A stretch of DNA of 64,000 nucleotides from Minisyncoccota bacterium (GTDB taxonomy: Bacteria > Patescibacteriota > Minisyncoccia > Minisyncoccales > Minisyncoccaceae), in assembly GCA_041651685.1 (NCBI GenBank), contig JBAZIU010000001.1:308414-372413 (forward strand). Direction: 5' to 3'. Each line of letters opens with the position of its first letter. The first letter of the stretch is position 1. Shown piece after piece: positions 42,114 to 52,159 of the stretch. Made by a program: the position numbers and the translations under genes. A model generated the notes under the pieces. The model did no database searches. It saw only the letters and a program-made list of their open reading frames with translations, and was not told the DNA's origin.

Positions 42114-43269
42114 TGATTTTTAAATTAGAGTCCGGTTTTAATTTTTGCCAGGTTGTTTTTTTAACGTTGGGAGAAATCAAGGCGGTAAGACCGATCATTG
42201 AAGCATTGTCTCCGGTAAACTTGGTCTGGGGAACGATGCAGTTAATTTTTTCTTTTTTGCAGAGTTTTTTAAACTCTTTGATTATTTCTTTATTGGCCGA
42301 GACTCCGCCTCCGATGATTATCGATTTGGCTTTTAATTCTTTAGCCGCCTTCATTGTTTTGGAAGTCAGAACATCAATGATAGAGCTTTGTATTTGATAA
42401 GCCATTTCATTTATATATTCTTTGGAGGTTCTGTCTTTTTCCTTTCTCTTTTTGAAATCGTAAAGGACGGCAGTTTTCAATCCGGAAAAACTGAAGTCAT
42501 AATTTTTGTCATGAATCATGGGTCGGGGCAGAGAAATATTGTATACAGCTTTTTTAAAATCTTTGGCTCTTTTACTGATGGCCGGACCGCCGGGATAGGG
42601 GAGGCCCAATATTCTCGCAGTTTTGTCAAAGCATTCTCCGGCCGCATCATCTCTGGTTTGACCGATTAATTTGTATTTGCCGATATTTTGCATTTCGATT
42701 ATTTGGGTGTTTCCTCCGGAAACAACCAAGGCTATGGCCGGAAATTCTATTTTTTCAATCGGAGAAAGCCAGTTACTTAAAATATGACCTTCCAAGTGAT
42801 TAATTCCGAAAACGGGAACGTCCCAATAGAAAGAAAGGGCTTTGCTCAAATTGACTCCGGTGTACAGGCAGGGCTCCAATCCCGGTCCGATTGTCACGGC
42901 GATTTTGTTTATTTCCGGCGCCTGGTATTTTTTGAAGAATTCTTTCAGGTCTTTGAAGATATCGGGATTCCTTTCCAGTATTTTTTGCAATCGTAATATT
43001 TTTTTATTATCCACCCCTTTTTTGTTTTCCTTGAGCAGCCCGGAATTTTTCAATGATTTGATTAAGAGGGGGACGAGGGCTTTCTGGTGTTCTCTCTTGG
43101 CGATGGCCGGAAAAACTCCGCCGTAGGGGGAGTGAATCAACGATTGCGAAGAAACATTATCGGAAAGGAGTTCAAAATCGGAGAAAGAAATCTTCTTTTT
43201 TTTCAATCCCGATTTTATGACGCTCACTCCCGTATCGTCGCAGCTGGTTTCGATTGCAAGTATTATCAT
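42106..43269 (-). CDS. tsaD: tRNA N6-adenosine threonylcarbamoyltransferase TsaD (Kae1/Gcp)
   Basis: 387 aa; ILAIETSCDDTGVSV, GINHLEGH, IIGGGVSAN; carries a ~40-aa insertion near the N-terminus. Confidence 0.9.
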   Translation of the reverse strand: MIILAIETSCDDTGVSVIKSGLKKKKISFSDFELLSDNVSSQSLIHSPYGGVFPAIAKREHQKALVPLLIKSLKNSGLLKENKKGVDNKKILRLQKILERNPDIFKDLKEFFKKYQAPEINKIAVTIGPGLEPCLYTGVNLSKALSFYWDVPVFGINHLEGHILSNWLSPIEKIEFPAIALVVSGGNTQIIEMQNIGKYKLIGQTRDDAAGECFDKTARILGLPYPGGPAISKRAKDFKKAVYNISLPRPMIHDKNYDFSFSGLKTAVLYDFKKRKEKDRTSKEYINEMAYQIQSSIIDVLTSKTMKAAKELKAKSIIIGGGVSANKEIIKEFKKLCKKEKINCIVPQTKFTGDNASMIGLTALISPNVKKTTWQKLKPDSNLKING

Positions 43270-43331
43270 ATTGACATTAATTCAAGTATTGTCTAAATTG
43301 TAGACGAAAAAGAAAGTTTCCGCAAACCCCG

Positions 43332-43360
43332 TTGACTAAAACGATTTTTAAGTTTATATT
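43332..43360 (+). promoter_or_regulatory. Sigma70-type promoter candidate (TTGACT-17-TATATT) for secDF
   Basis: TTGACT 43332-43337, 17-nt spacer, TATATT 43355-43360. Confidence 0.55.
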
Positions 43361-43380
43361 ATAACTATACTTTAAACGAT

Positions 43381-44811
43381 ATGACTAATAAAAACACAGT
43401 ATTTTCGCTTATTCTAATTTTGATTCTGGCTGTTATTGCCGGAATCTTTTGCTATCCCAATCCATATAACCAGATGGTTGACAACATCAATTCAAAATAT
43501 AATTGGAAGATTTGGCATTTCCCCGAGACAGACTTTAAGTTGGGCCTTGACCTGAAAGGGGGAGTTCACTTGGAATATCAGGCTGATTTGAGTAATATTG
43601 GGGATCAGGACAAGGCAGATGTGATGAACGGATTAAGAGATGTTATCGAAAGGAGGGTAAATATTTTCGGAGTGACCGAGCCAGTGGTTCAGGTATACGG
43701 TTCTGACAGAATTGCCGTTGAATTGCCCGGAGTGGAAAGCATTGATTCGGCAATCAGCTGGATTGGAGCGACTCCTTTGCTCGAGTTTTGGGAACTGAGG
43801 CCTCAGGAAGAAATAGACAAAATTAATGCCAAGAGGGAAGAGCTTAAGGATATGACGACCATCGAAGAAATTCAAAAGGTGGCCGACTGGGAAGTAGCCT
43901 TCGAAAATCCCTATCAAAAAACCGATTTAACCGGAAGATATTTAAAGAAAGCTTCTTTGAGCTTCGACCAGACAACCCATGCCCCGATTATCGACCTTCA
44001 GTTTAATGACGAGGGAGCTAAGATATTTGAAACTATCACCGAAAAAAACGTCGGGAAGACATTAGCCATTTATTTGGACGGGAAATCAATTGTTGACACC
44101 AATGGAGATGGGAAAATCGACGATTCCGATTTATACGCTCCGAGAGTGGATGAAAAAATCAGCGGGGGAAAAGCAGTCATCAGCGGACAGACCGATGTCA
44201 AAGCAGCTAAATTATTAGTTCAGAGATTGAATCAGGGTGCTTTGCCTGTTCCGTTAGGTGATCCGATTGTCCAAAAGAAAGTCGGACCGACTTTGGGAGC
44301 CATTTCTTTAAACAATGCCGTTTGGGCCGGAGTCTACGGTTTGCTCGGAATTATTATTTTCTTGATTTTATTCTACAAGCTTCCCGGATTGTTGGCTTCT
44401 TTTGCTCTATTATCTTATTGTTTGATATTCTTATCGCTGGTTAAATTAATCCCGGTCACCTTGACTTTGGCCGGTATCGGCGGAGTCATTCTTTCAGTCG
44501 GCATGGCTGTTGATGCCAATGTCTTGATATTTTCCAGAATGAGGGAGGAATTAAAAGCCGGCAAGGATACTTTAACCAGTATTGTTGAAGGATGCGAACG
44601 TGCCTGGCCTTCAATCAGGGACGGAAATTTCACCACATTAATCGTTGCTTTCATTTTGTACTTCTTGGGCACCAGCTTTATTAAGGCCTTCGCCTTTGCC
44701 TTAATACTCGGTATTTTAATCAGTATGTTTTCGGCAATGGTTATTTCCAGAATATTCCTTGAATTCGTTGCCAAGAGCAGATTAGGAAGAATTAAGTGGC
44801 TATGGTCATAA
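43381..44811 (+). CDS. secD: Protein translocase subunit SecD
   Basis: 476 aa; LGLDLKGGVHL, large periplasmic domain, C-terminal 6-TM bundle (GIGGVILSVGMAVDANVLIFSRMREE). Confidence 0.9.
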   Translation: MTNKNTVFSLILILILAVIAGIFCYPNPYNQMVDNINSKYNWKIWHFPETDFKLGLDLKGGVHLEYQADLSNIGDQDKADVMNGLRDVIERRVNIFGVTEPVVQVYGSDRIAVELPGVESIDSAISWIGATPLLEFWELRPQEEIDKINAKREELKDMTTIEEIQKVADWEVAFENPYQKTDLTGRYLKKASLSFDQTTHAPIIDLQFNDEGAKIFETITEKNVGKTLAIYLDGKSIVDTNGDGKIDDSDLYAPRVDEKISGGKAVISGQTDVKAAKLLVQRLNQGALPVPLGDPIVQKKVGPTLGAISLNNAVWAGVYGLLGIIIFLILFYKLPGLLASFALLSYCLIFLSLVKLIPVTLTLAGIGGVILSVGMAVDANVLIFSRMREELKAGKDTLTSIVEGCERAWPSIRDGNFTTLIVAFILYFLGTSFIKAFAFALILGILISMFSAMVISRIFLEFVAKSRLGRIKWLWS

Positions 44812-44815
44812 ACAT

Positions 44816-45721
44816 ATGAATTTTCTAAAATACACAAAATTATATTTCGCTTTGGCGATAGTGATGGTCGGATTATCTCTTTATAGTATTTTTACTTACG
44901 GACTGAAGATGGGAATCGATTTTGAAGGAGGCAGTTCCATCAGTGCCACCTACAAAGCCGAGAACATAGATTTGGAAAAAGTGAAAGCAGCTTTATCCCA
45001 GATTCCGGAAATGGAAGGAGTGCAGATTCAGCCCTTGGACAACAATGAAATCGTTTTAAAGGTTAACAAGAAAGACATTTCCGCAGAAGCTTATCAGAAT
45101 GTTTTAACTCAGTTGAAGACAGTGGGAGAGATTGAAGAGAATTCAGTCAGCGTCGAAACCATCAGCCCCTTAATCGGAAAGGAATTGAAAGACAAAACAA
45201 TTATTGTGGTCATTGTTGCTTTGTTGGCCATGTTGATTTATATCGCCCTGGCTTTCAGGAATGTCGGAAAGCCGATCAGTTCTTTCCAGTACGGATTTTC
45301 TTCAACCTTGATGCTTTTCCACGACATTATTATTCCTTTGGGAGTTTTAGCCTATTTGGGAGCTCAGTTGAGTATTCCGGTAGTCACCGCTTTGCTGACC
45401 GTAGTCGGTTATTGTATCAATAATAATGTTGTTGTTTTCGACCGAATCAGAGAGAATTTGCAGAAAGACAGAAAATCTTCATATGCTGAAATCGTTAACA
45501 AGAGTTTGAACGAAACCATTGTCAGATGTATCAATACTTCTTTGACTGTAATCATTGCTTTGATACCTTTGTACTATTTTTTCCACAATGAAGAGAGCTT
45601 GAAGTACTTCACTTTGACCATGGGAATCGGAGTCATCGTCGGTATTTTTTCTTCAGTCTTTTTGGCCAGCCCCTTATTGGTCGCCTGGAACAATTACAGG
45701 CAAAATAAGGGGAAAAGGTAG
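44816..45721 (+). CDS. secF: Protein translocase subunit SecF
   Basis: 301 aa; GIDFEGGS, LFHDIIIPLG, VVFDRIREN. Confidence 0.9.
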   Translation: MNFLKYTKLYFALAIVMVGLSLYSIFTYGLKMGIDFEGGSSISATYKAENIDLEKVKAALSQIPEMEGVQIQPLDNNEIVLKVNKKDISAEAYQNVLTQLKTVGEIEENSVSVETISPLIGKELKDKTIIVVIVALLAMLIYIALAFRNVGKPISSFQYGFSSTLMLFHDIIIPLGVLAYLGAQLSIPVVTALLTVVGYCINNNVVVFDRIRENLQKDRKSSYAEIVNKSLNETIVRCINTSLTVIIALIPLYYFFHNEESLKYFTLTMGIGVIVGIFSSVFLASPLLVAWNNYRQNKGKR

Positions 45722-45763
45722 TTTTGTTGACAAACATCGTTTTAAATGTTATAAGTAACCAAT

Positions 45764-46813
45764 ATGGAATTTGATTACAAAAAAATAACGCAAAATATAT
45801 TGAAAAGCCTTCCGGACAGAACGAAAGCGGTCATCTCTCGCAGATTTTCGTTAAACAAATCCGGCAAGCCGGAAACTCTTGAAGCCATCGGCAAGAGCTA
45901 CAACATTACCAGAGAAAGAGTGAGACAGATTGAGAACGACGGAATGAAGAGAGCCAAGAAGATTTTGGAAAGCACCGAAGTCAAAGATGAGTTTAAGAAA
46001 ATTAAAACATATTTTGAAAAGAAGATTGATTCATGCGGGGGAGTGAGAGAAGAAAAGAAACTTTTGGAAGAAATTGCTTCAATTGAACAGAAAGACAATA
46101 TTTTATTTTTATTGAGCTTGTCCGACTCTTTGGTCAGAGAAAAAGAAGATGATAATTTTCACGCTTTTTGGGCGCTGAACAAAGATTTGGTTTCGGGAGC
46201 CAAGAAAGTTTCCAATGATTTTGTTAAGTCATTGAAAGAGAAGGGAGTTCCGGAAACTTTGGAAAGTTTGTATTCAGAATACAAGAAAAACGGAGGCAAG
46301 GTTTCTTTTGAAGCTTTCTCCTGCTATTTGGAAATCTCCAAAGATATTTTTAAGACTTTGGACGGCAGCAAGGTTGGATTGAAATCATGGCCGGAAGTAA
46401 ATCCGAGAACGGTTAAAGACAAAATCAAATTGATTTTGAAAGAAAAAGAAAAGCCGTTGCACTTTAAAGAAATCGCTGAAATGATTTTTGATTTGAATGA
46501 GACTTTGACTACTGGGAAGAATAAAAGATTGCACCCTCAGACGGTTCACAACGAATTAATCAGAAATACCGACTTCGTTTTGGTGGGCAGGGGATACTAC
46601 GCTTTGAAAGATTGGGGATACAACCCCGGACAGGTTAAGGATGTTATTTATCAGGTTTTGCAGGCTTCCGATAATTCTCTTAATAAAGAAGAAATCGTTA
46701 GCTCGGTTTTGAAGCAAAGGATGGTTAAGGAATCAACAATTCTTTTGAATTTACAGAACAAAAACTTCTTCCTAAAAGATGGAGAAGGAAAGTATAAAGT
46801 TCGAGAAGCATAA
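45764..46813 (+). CDS. Sigma-70 region-4-like HTH fused to a C-terminal HARE-HTH (RNAP delta-like) domain
   Basis: 349 aa; ETLEAIGKSYNITRERVRQIENDGMKRAKK (region 4.2-like); C-terminal LHFKEIAEMI...HPQTVHNELIRNTDFVLVGRGYYALKDWGY (HARE-HTH pattern). Confidence 0.6.
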   Translation: MEFDYKKITQNILKSLPDRTKAVISRRFSLNKSGKPETLEAIGKSYNITRERVRQIENDGMKRAKKILESTEVKDEFKKIKTYFEKKIDSCGGVREEKKLLEEIASIEQKDNILFLLSLSDSLVREKEDDNFHAFWALNKDLVSGAKKVSNDFVKSLKEKGVPETLESLYSEYKKNGGKVSFEAFSCYLEISKDIFKTLDGSKVGLKSWPEVNPRTVKDKIKLILKEKEKPLHFKEIAEMIFDLNETLTTGKNKRLHPQTVHNELIRNTDFVLVGRGYYALKDWGYNPGQVKDVIYQVLQASDNSLNKEEIVSSVLKQRMVKESTILLNLQNKNFFLKDGEGKYKVREA

Positions 46814-46828
46814 GTTTAAAATTAATCA

Positions 46829-48166
46829 ATGCCAGAAGAAATACTGTACGTAATTAAAGGGCTTTCCACTCTTTGGAAAATTAGCGTTCCCTATCTTTTG
46901 GTCTTGAAAACTATTATCGTTCAATTTTGGTGGCTTCCACTGCCTTTTTATTTGAAACATCACATCGATTTCATCTACAATCTTTTTATCGGCGATGATT
47001 GGGATTCTGATAAGATAAGAAAAAGGGTTGTGGTAGAGATAAAGATTCCTCAAGTCATTGTCAGGCCGTTAAGGGCCATGGAAGCGGTTTTCGCTTCTTT
47101 TTGGGGAACGTATGACCCGCCCAGTAGCTGGAAAGAAGGTCATTTCAAAGGGAAAAGAATATTGGGAGCTTCTTTTGAGATAGCCGGAATTGATGGCGTT
47201 CCTCATTTTTTTGTGAGATTGCCGGAAAGCAACAAGAAATTGCTTAAGGCGGTTATCTATTCGCAATACCCCGAAGTGGAAATTATCGATGTTCCCGATT
47301 ATACCAAGCAAGTGCCGCAGGATATTCCCAACAAAGAGTGGGATTTGTGGGGTTGTGATTTTGAGGTTATAAAGTCCGATGTTTATCCGATTAAAACTTA
47401 TGAATCTTTCTATGAAGAAAGACCGGATGTTTTGAGTGAGGAAAAAAGAATAGATCCACTTTCTCCGTTATTTGAAACTATTTCTTTGACAGTCCCTGGT
47501 GAGCAGTTGTGGTTTTCCATTTTTGTAACACCTCGAGGACCCAAGGAAACCGATTTTTTTGACCGAGCCAGAAAAGAAATCGATAAATTGGCGAAGAGAC
47601 CGGAAAAAGCCAAAAGCAATCCCTTGTGGTTAGATTTTTGGAATCTTTTGATACACGGCACAGATCCTTTGGGCGAAGAAGCCAAAGAAGATACATTTCT
47701 TCCTCCCGAAATGAAGTTGACCACCGGAGAAAGGGATGTTGTTGCAGCCATCGAAAGAAAGAAATCAAAAAATGTCTTCCTTTGCTACATCAAATATGTT
47801 TATGTGGCCAAAAGAAAGGTATTTTATAATAGTGCTAAAGGATTCGGAACCAGTTTCTTCTCCCAGTTTGGAACTCAGAATTTAAACAGCACCAAGCCTT
47901 GGAGCATGACCACCACCAAAGTCCATTCGCCGACTTTTTTCCAAGCCAGAAAGCTTTATTTGAGAAAAAGAGATTTGATAGAAAATTACAGAACCAGAGA
48001 CCCGGGATTCGATCCTTTTCCTGTTGAAGGAGCGTGCTATCATTTAAATACCGAAGAATTAGCCACTTTATATCACTTCCCGAGCTATGAAGGTGCTCCG
48101 TCAGCCGCTTTAAAGAGAATGGAAACCAAGAAGGGCGCTCCGCCTTCTCAATTACCAGTGGAATAA
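46829..48166 (+). CDS. Uncharacterised membrane-anchored protein, upstream partner of the VirD4/FtsK-like ATPase
   Basis: 445 aa; hydrophobic N-terminus (ISVPYLLVLKTIIVQFWWLPLPFYL), large soluble domain, C-terminal LNTEELATLYHFP motif; 5-nt gap to the next gene. Confidence 0.6.
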   Translation: MPEEILYVIKGLSTLWKISVPYLLVLKTIIVQFWWLPLPFYLKHHIDFIYNLFIGDDWDSDKIRKRVVVEIKIPQVIVRPLRAMEAVFASFWGTYDPPSSWKEGHFKGKRILGASFEIAGIDGVPHFFVRLPESNKKLLKAVIYSQYPEVEIIDVPDYTKQVPQDIPNKEWDLWGCDFEVIKSDVYPIKTYESFYEERPDVLSEEKRIDPLSPLFETISLTVPGEQLWFSIFVTPRGPKETDFFDRARKEIDKLAKRPEKAKSNPLWLDFWNLLIHGTDPLGEEAKEDTFLPPEMKLTTGERDVVAAIERKKSKNVFLCYIKYVYVAKRKVFYNSAKGFGTSFFSQFGTQNLNSTKPWSMTTTKVHSPTFFQARKLYLRKRDLIENYRTRDPGFDPFPVEGACYHLNTEELATLYHFPSYEGAPSAALKRMETKKGAPPSQLPVE

Positions 48167-48171
48167 TATAT

Positions 48172-49863
48172 ATGGATAAATCAGAAATCATATTTTTCGG
48201 ACAAACGACCTTTAGGGGAGAAATGAAAAGGTTCGGAATCAAAACAGACGACAGAAGGCGTCATATTTATGTCGTCGGTAAAACCGGTATGGGTAAAACC
48301 GAGCTTTTGAAGAATATGGTTATTCAGGATATCAGGAATGGCAACGGAGTCGGCTTTGTCGACCCGCACGGAGAAGCTTCCGAAGAAATATTAAGGTTCG
48401 TTCCCAAGGAAAGAATCAAAGACGTGGTCTATATCAATCCGGCCGATATTGAAAATCCGATTGCTTTTAATATCATGGAAGATGTTGACGCCGAATACAG
48501 GCATCTTATCGCCGGTGGACTGATGGGTGTTTTTAAGAAGATTTGGCCCGACGTCTGGTCTTCTCGAATGGAATACATTCTAAACAATGCCATTTTGGCT
48601 TTGCTCGATATTCCCGGTTCGACTTTATTGGGAGTCAATAGATTATTGTCCGATCCCGAATGGAGAGCGGAAGTGGTTGAAAAAGTTAAAGACCCGGTGG
48701 TCAAATCTTTTTGGTTAAAAGAATTCAGCCGATACAGCCAGAGATACGAAGTCGAAGCCACCGCCGCCATTCAGAATAAAATCGGACAGTTTATTTCTTC
48801 TCCTCTGGTCAGGAATATTATCGGACAGGAAAAGTCAACGATAGATATCAGGAAGATTATGGATGAAAAAAAGATTCTGATTATGAATCTTAGTAAAGGA
48901 AGAATAGGGGAGGACTCTTCGAGGTTGTTGGGAGCACTATTGGTTACCAAGCTGCAATTGGCCGCCATGTCGAGAGTTGATACGGCCGAAAAAGAAAGAA
49001 ATGATTTTATCTTGTATATTGATGAGTTCCAAAATTTTTCAACTGATTCTTTCGCCAATATTTTATCCGAAGCCAGAAAATACAGACTGTCTTTGGTCTT
49101 GGCCCATCAGTATATAAAGCAAATGGAGGAGAAGGTTATGGACGCGGTGTTCGGCAACGTGGGAACGATGATTGTTTTTAGGGTGGGAGCCGAAGACGGA
49201 GAGTTTTTGGAAAAAGAGTTTTCTCCCGAATTCTATACCCATGATTTGGTTAATCTTCCCAAACAGAATATCTATGTTAAATTGATGATTGACGGTTTGA
49301 CTTCCCGACCTTTTTCTGCGGAAACTCTTCCTCCGGCAATACCGACCGAAGATGACCACGAGAAAGAGATTATTGAATTCTCAAGGAAGACATACGGAAC
49401 CTTAAGGCCGATTGTTGAAGAAAAGATATCCAAATACGCAGGAGTTGAAGATCTTCCCAAGATGGAGGCAAGGGAAAACAGGCCGCAAAAAGATTTGTAT
49501 GATGCCGAGTGCGGCAAATGTGGAAAGAAGGTCAAAGTTCCTTTTAAGCCGGACGGAAAAAGGCCGGTCTATTGCAAGAGTTGTTTAGGCAAGAATGGGG
49601 GAGAGCAGTCCAAGAGTGCTTTTGAAAAGCTTCCTTTCATTTCTTTAGAAGAAACGGCCAAGGAGTTTACCCCGGTTCAGAAAGAAAGGAAGAAAGAAAA
49701 TATTGTTAAACCGGAAATAATTGATTCAAATAAATCCAAAAAGAAAATTGACTTTGAAGGATTGAGGAGTGTGATAAAAGAAGCAAAAAAGGAGAAAGAA
49801 GAAAAGGAGGAAGCTCCGAAAGATAAAGGAACCATCAATCCTGGAGAAGTGATTAAGTTTTAA
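48172..49863 (+). CDS. VirD4/TraD/FtsK-HerA-like P-loop ATPase with a C-terminal CxxC-x17-CxxC zinc ribbon and Lys/Glu-rich tail
   Basis: 563 aa; Walker A VVGKTGMGKTE, Walker B FILYIDEFQNF, LVLAHQY; CGKCGKKVKVPFKPDGKRPVYCKSC; no TM segment. Confidence 0.7.
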   Translation: MDKSEIIFFGQTTFRGEMKRFGIKTDDRRRHIYVVGKTGMGKTELLKNMVIQDIRNGNGVGFVDPHGEASEEILRFVPKERIKDVVYINPADIENPIAFNIMEDVDAEYRHLIAGGLMGVFKKIWPDVWSSRMEYILNNAILALLDIPGSTLLGVNRLLSDPEWRAEVVEKVKDPVVKSFWLKEFSRYSQRYEVEATAAIQNKIGQFISSPLVRNIIGQEKSTIDIRKIMDEKKILIMNLSKGRIGEDSSRLLGALLVTKLQLAAMSRVDTAEKERNDFILYIDEFQNFSTDSFANILSEARKYRLSLVLAHQYIKQMEEKVMDAVFGNVGTMIVFRVGAEDGEFLEKEFSPEFYTHDLVNLPKQNIYVKLMIDGLTSRPFSAETLPPAIPTEDDHEKEIIEFSRKTYGTLRPIVEEKISKYAGVEDLPKMEARENRPQKDLYDAECGKCGKKVKVPFKPDGKRPVYCKSCLGKNGGEQSKSAFEKLPFISLEETAKEFTPVQKERKKENIVKPEIIDSNKSKKKIDFEGLRSVIKEAKKEKEEKEEAPKDKGTINPGEVIKF

Positions 49864-49906
49864 GCTTGTCTTTTTGCCTTCTTTTTGCTATATATAATCT
49901 ATCTTT

Positions 49907-49978
49907 GGCCCCATCGTCTAACGGTTAGGACACCAGATTTTCAATCTGGTAATCAGGGTTCGATTCCCTGTGGGGTCA
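49907..49978 (+). tRNA. tRNA-Glu (anticodon TTC)
   Basis: Acceptor GGCCCCA/TGGGGTC (G2-U71), anticodon stem CCAGA/TCTGG with loop TTTTCAA, T arm CAGGG-TTCGATT-CCCTG. Confidence 0.9.
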
Positions 49979-49980
49979 CA

Positions 49981-51537
49981 ATGGAAGAAAAATACTACTT
50001 AAAAGTCGGAAGAGCGGCAGACTTGAAGGACAAAAAAGAAAGAAGGGTTTACCGTTTCTTGGAAATGTTAACCGGGCTCATCACTCTGACGATATTGGTT
50101 TTGTCGGTTGTTTTTTCATACAAGCTGCCCATTTTGGTTTCTTTCTTTATCATAGTTTATGATATTTATTGGTTTTTAAGAACAATTTATTTTTCTTTTT
50201 ATCTGAAGACCGGGTATGAACAGATGAAGAAAAATGAAAAGGAAGATTGGATTAAAAAATTGAACGAGTTGGGGCGTCCGAAGAACGGAATCAATATTGA
50301 TTCTTGGAAAGATATTTATCATCTGGTAATTTTTCCGATGTACAAAGAGCCCTTAGAAATAGTTGAATCAACGTTTGATTGTTTGATTAATACCGATTAT
50401 CCCAAAGACAAAATGATTGTGGTTTTGGCCTGCGAAGAGGCAGACAAAGAAAACGCCAGAGAGATTGCTTTAAAGATTAAAGAAAAATACGGAGATAAAT
50501 TTTTCAAGTTTTTGATTACCTGTCACCCCGAGGGATTACCCGGTGAATTGGCCGGACACGGAGCCAATGATGCCTGGGCTTCGCAAAAGGCAAAAGAATT
50601 AATCGACTCTTTAAATATTCCTTATGAAAACGTCATCATTTCTTCTTTTGATATTGATGCCTGCGTTTATCCCAAACATTTCAGCTGTTTGGCTTATTAT
50701 TATTTAACAGTTGAAAAACCATTAAGAACCAGCTATCAGCCGGTGCCTTTGTATTTGAATAACGTCTGGCAGTCGCCTCCGCTCTCAAGAGTGTTTTCCT
50801 TTTCTTCTACTTTTTGGCACACCATGAATCAGGAGAGGCCGGACAAGCTGATAACATTCTCTTCTCATTCAATGTCTTTCAGAGCCTTAGTCGATGTGGG
50901 GTTCAAGCAGAAGAATGTTGTTTCTGACGATTCGAGGATATTCTGGCAGTGTTTCTTTGAATACGACGGAGACTATAAGGTCCAGCCGATGTATTATCCT
51001 ATTTCCATGGATGCCAATTGTGCCGAAACATTTTTAAAGACAATGAAGAATGTTTATAAGCAGCAGAAGAGATGGGCCTATGGAGTAGGGGAGGTGCCTT
51101 TCTTTATTTTCGCTTCTTTGAGGAATAAAAAAGTTTCTCTCAAAAAGAAGCTTTCAATGGGTTTTGATTTGATTGAGGGACATGTTTCTTGGGCCGTTTC
51201 TTCCGTCCTTATTTTCTTGTTGGGCTGGCTTCCTTTATGGCTGGGAGGAGCTGCATTTTCTCAGTCTCTTGTTTCTTATAATCTGCCCAAAATCACCAGT
51301 CTCATTCTGACCGTAACCATGTCCAGCTTGATTATTAGCATCTGGGTCTCTATGTTGCTGTTACCGCCCAAACCGGTCAATTACGGCCGTTATAAGTACG
51401 TTTTAATGGCTTTGGAGTGGATTCTGATACCCTTTGTGATGATATTCTTTTCTTCTTTGCCGGCTTTCCATGCCCAGATGCACTGGCTGTTTGGTAGATA
51501 CATGGGATTTTGGGTGACGCCAAAGGTGAGAAAATAG
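49981..51537 (+). CDS. Membrane-embedded family-2 glycosyltransferase (processive, cellulose/PNAG-synthase-like)
   Basis: Start trimmed to ATG 49981 (the longer ORF overlaps tRNA-Glu). FPMYKEP, FDIDA, QQKRWAYG (QxxRW), TM helices at both ends. Confidence 0.75.
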   Translation: MEEKYYLKVGRAADLKDKKERRVYRFLEMLTGLITLTILVLSVVFSYKLPILVSFFIIVYDIYWFLRTIYFSFYLKTGYEQMKKNEKEDWIKKLNELGRPKNGINIDSWKDIYHLVIFPMYKEPLEIVESTFDCLINTDYPKDKMIVVLACEEADKENAREIALKIKEKYGDKFFKFLITCHPEGLPGELAGHGANDAWASQKAKELIDSLNIPYENVIISSFDIDACVYPKHFSCLAYYYLTVEKPLRTSYQPVPLYLNNVWQSPPLSRVFSFSSTFWHTMNQERPDKLITFSSHSMSFRALVDVGFKQKNVVSDDSRIFWQCFFEYDGDYKVQPMYYPISMDANCAETFLKTMKNVYKQQKRWAYGVGEVPFFIFASLRNKKVSLKKKLSMGFDLIEGHVSWAVSSVLIFLLGWLPLWLGGAAFSQSLVSYNLPKITSLILTVTMSSLIISIWVSMLLLPPKPVNYGRYKYVLMALEWILIPFVMIFFSSLPAFHAQMHWLFGRYMGFWVTPKVRK

Positions 51538-51598
51538 GGCGTATTGACAATTAATTTAAAATGCAATACAATACAATTGTAACTTAATATACAAAAAT

Positions 51599-51883
51599 AT
51601 GGCTTCTGCAAACAACGAACAAATTCAAGTTCGCATTGATTCTGAAACTAAAAATGAAGCAAAGAAGATTTTAGATAGTTTGGGCATGGATATGAGCTCG
51701 GCAATTAAAATTTTTTTTCGTCAGATAATAAATGCTAAAAATTTTCCTTGCGAATTAAGAGGGGAGAACGGATTTACCTTGCGAAATGCCGAAATTTTAC
51801 GTGAATCAATCGCGAGTGCAAAAAGTAGCAGCAAATTTTTTAAAAAGGGACACGATCTTATTAAAGATGCTCTAGAAGATTAA
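51599..51883 (+). CDS. RelB/DinJ-family antitoxin
   Basis: 94 aa; IQVRIDSETKNEAKKILDSLGMDMSSAIKIFFRQI (ribbon-helix-helix). Confidence 0.8.
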   Translation: MASANNEQIQVRIDSETKNEAKKILDSLGMDMSSAIKIFFRQIINAKNFPCELRGENGFTLRNAEILRESIASAKSSSKFFKKGHDLIKDALED

Positions 51884-51886
51884 ATT

Positions 51887-52159
51887 ATGTTTATTTTAAA
51901 ATATTCTAGCCGATTTAAGAAAGATTTAAAGAATTATAAACATAATAAGAGTGTCCTTATCGAATTGGAGAAAGTTTTAGATGTTTTAATTAAGGACAGT
52001 GAACTGCCGATTAAAAATGTTAATCATCGCTTGTCCGGAGAGTTTAGGGATTGTTTTGAATGTCACATAAGACCGGACATTCTTCTTGTTTATAAGATAG
52101 AAAAAACAGAAATAACCATTTTGTTATTAAGAATCGGCTCTCACTCGGATATTTTTTAA
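51887..52159 (+). CDS. YafQ/RelE-family mRNA interferase toxin
   Basis: 90 aa; HRLSGEFRDCFECHIRPDILLVYKIE...ILLLRIGSHSDIF. Confidence 0.8.
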   Translation: MFILKYSSRFKKDLKNYKHNKSVLIELEKVLDVLIKDSELPIKNVNHRLSGEFRDCFECHIRPDILLVYKIEKTEITILLLRIGSHSDIF

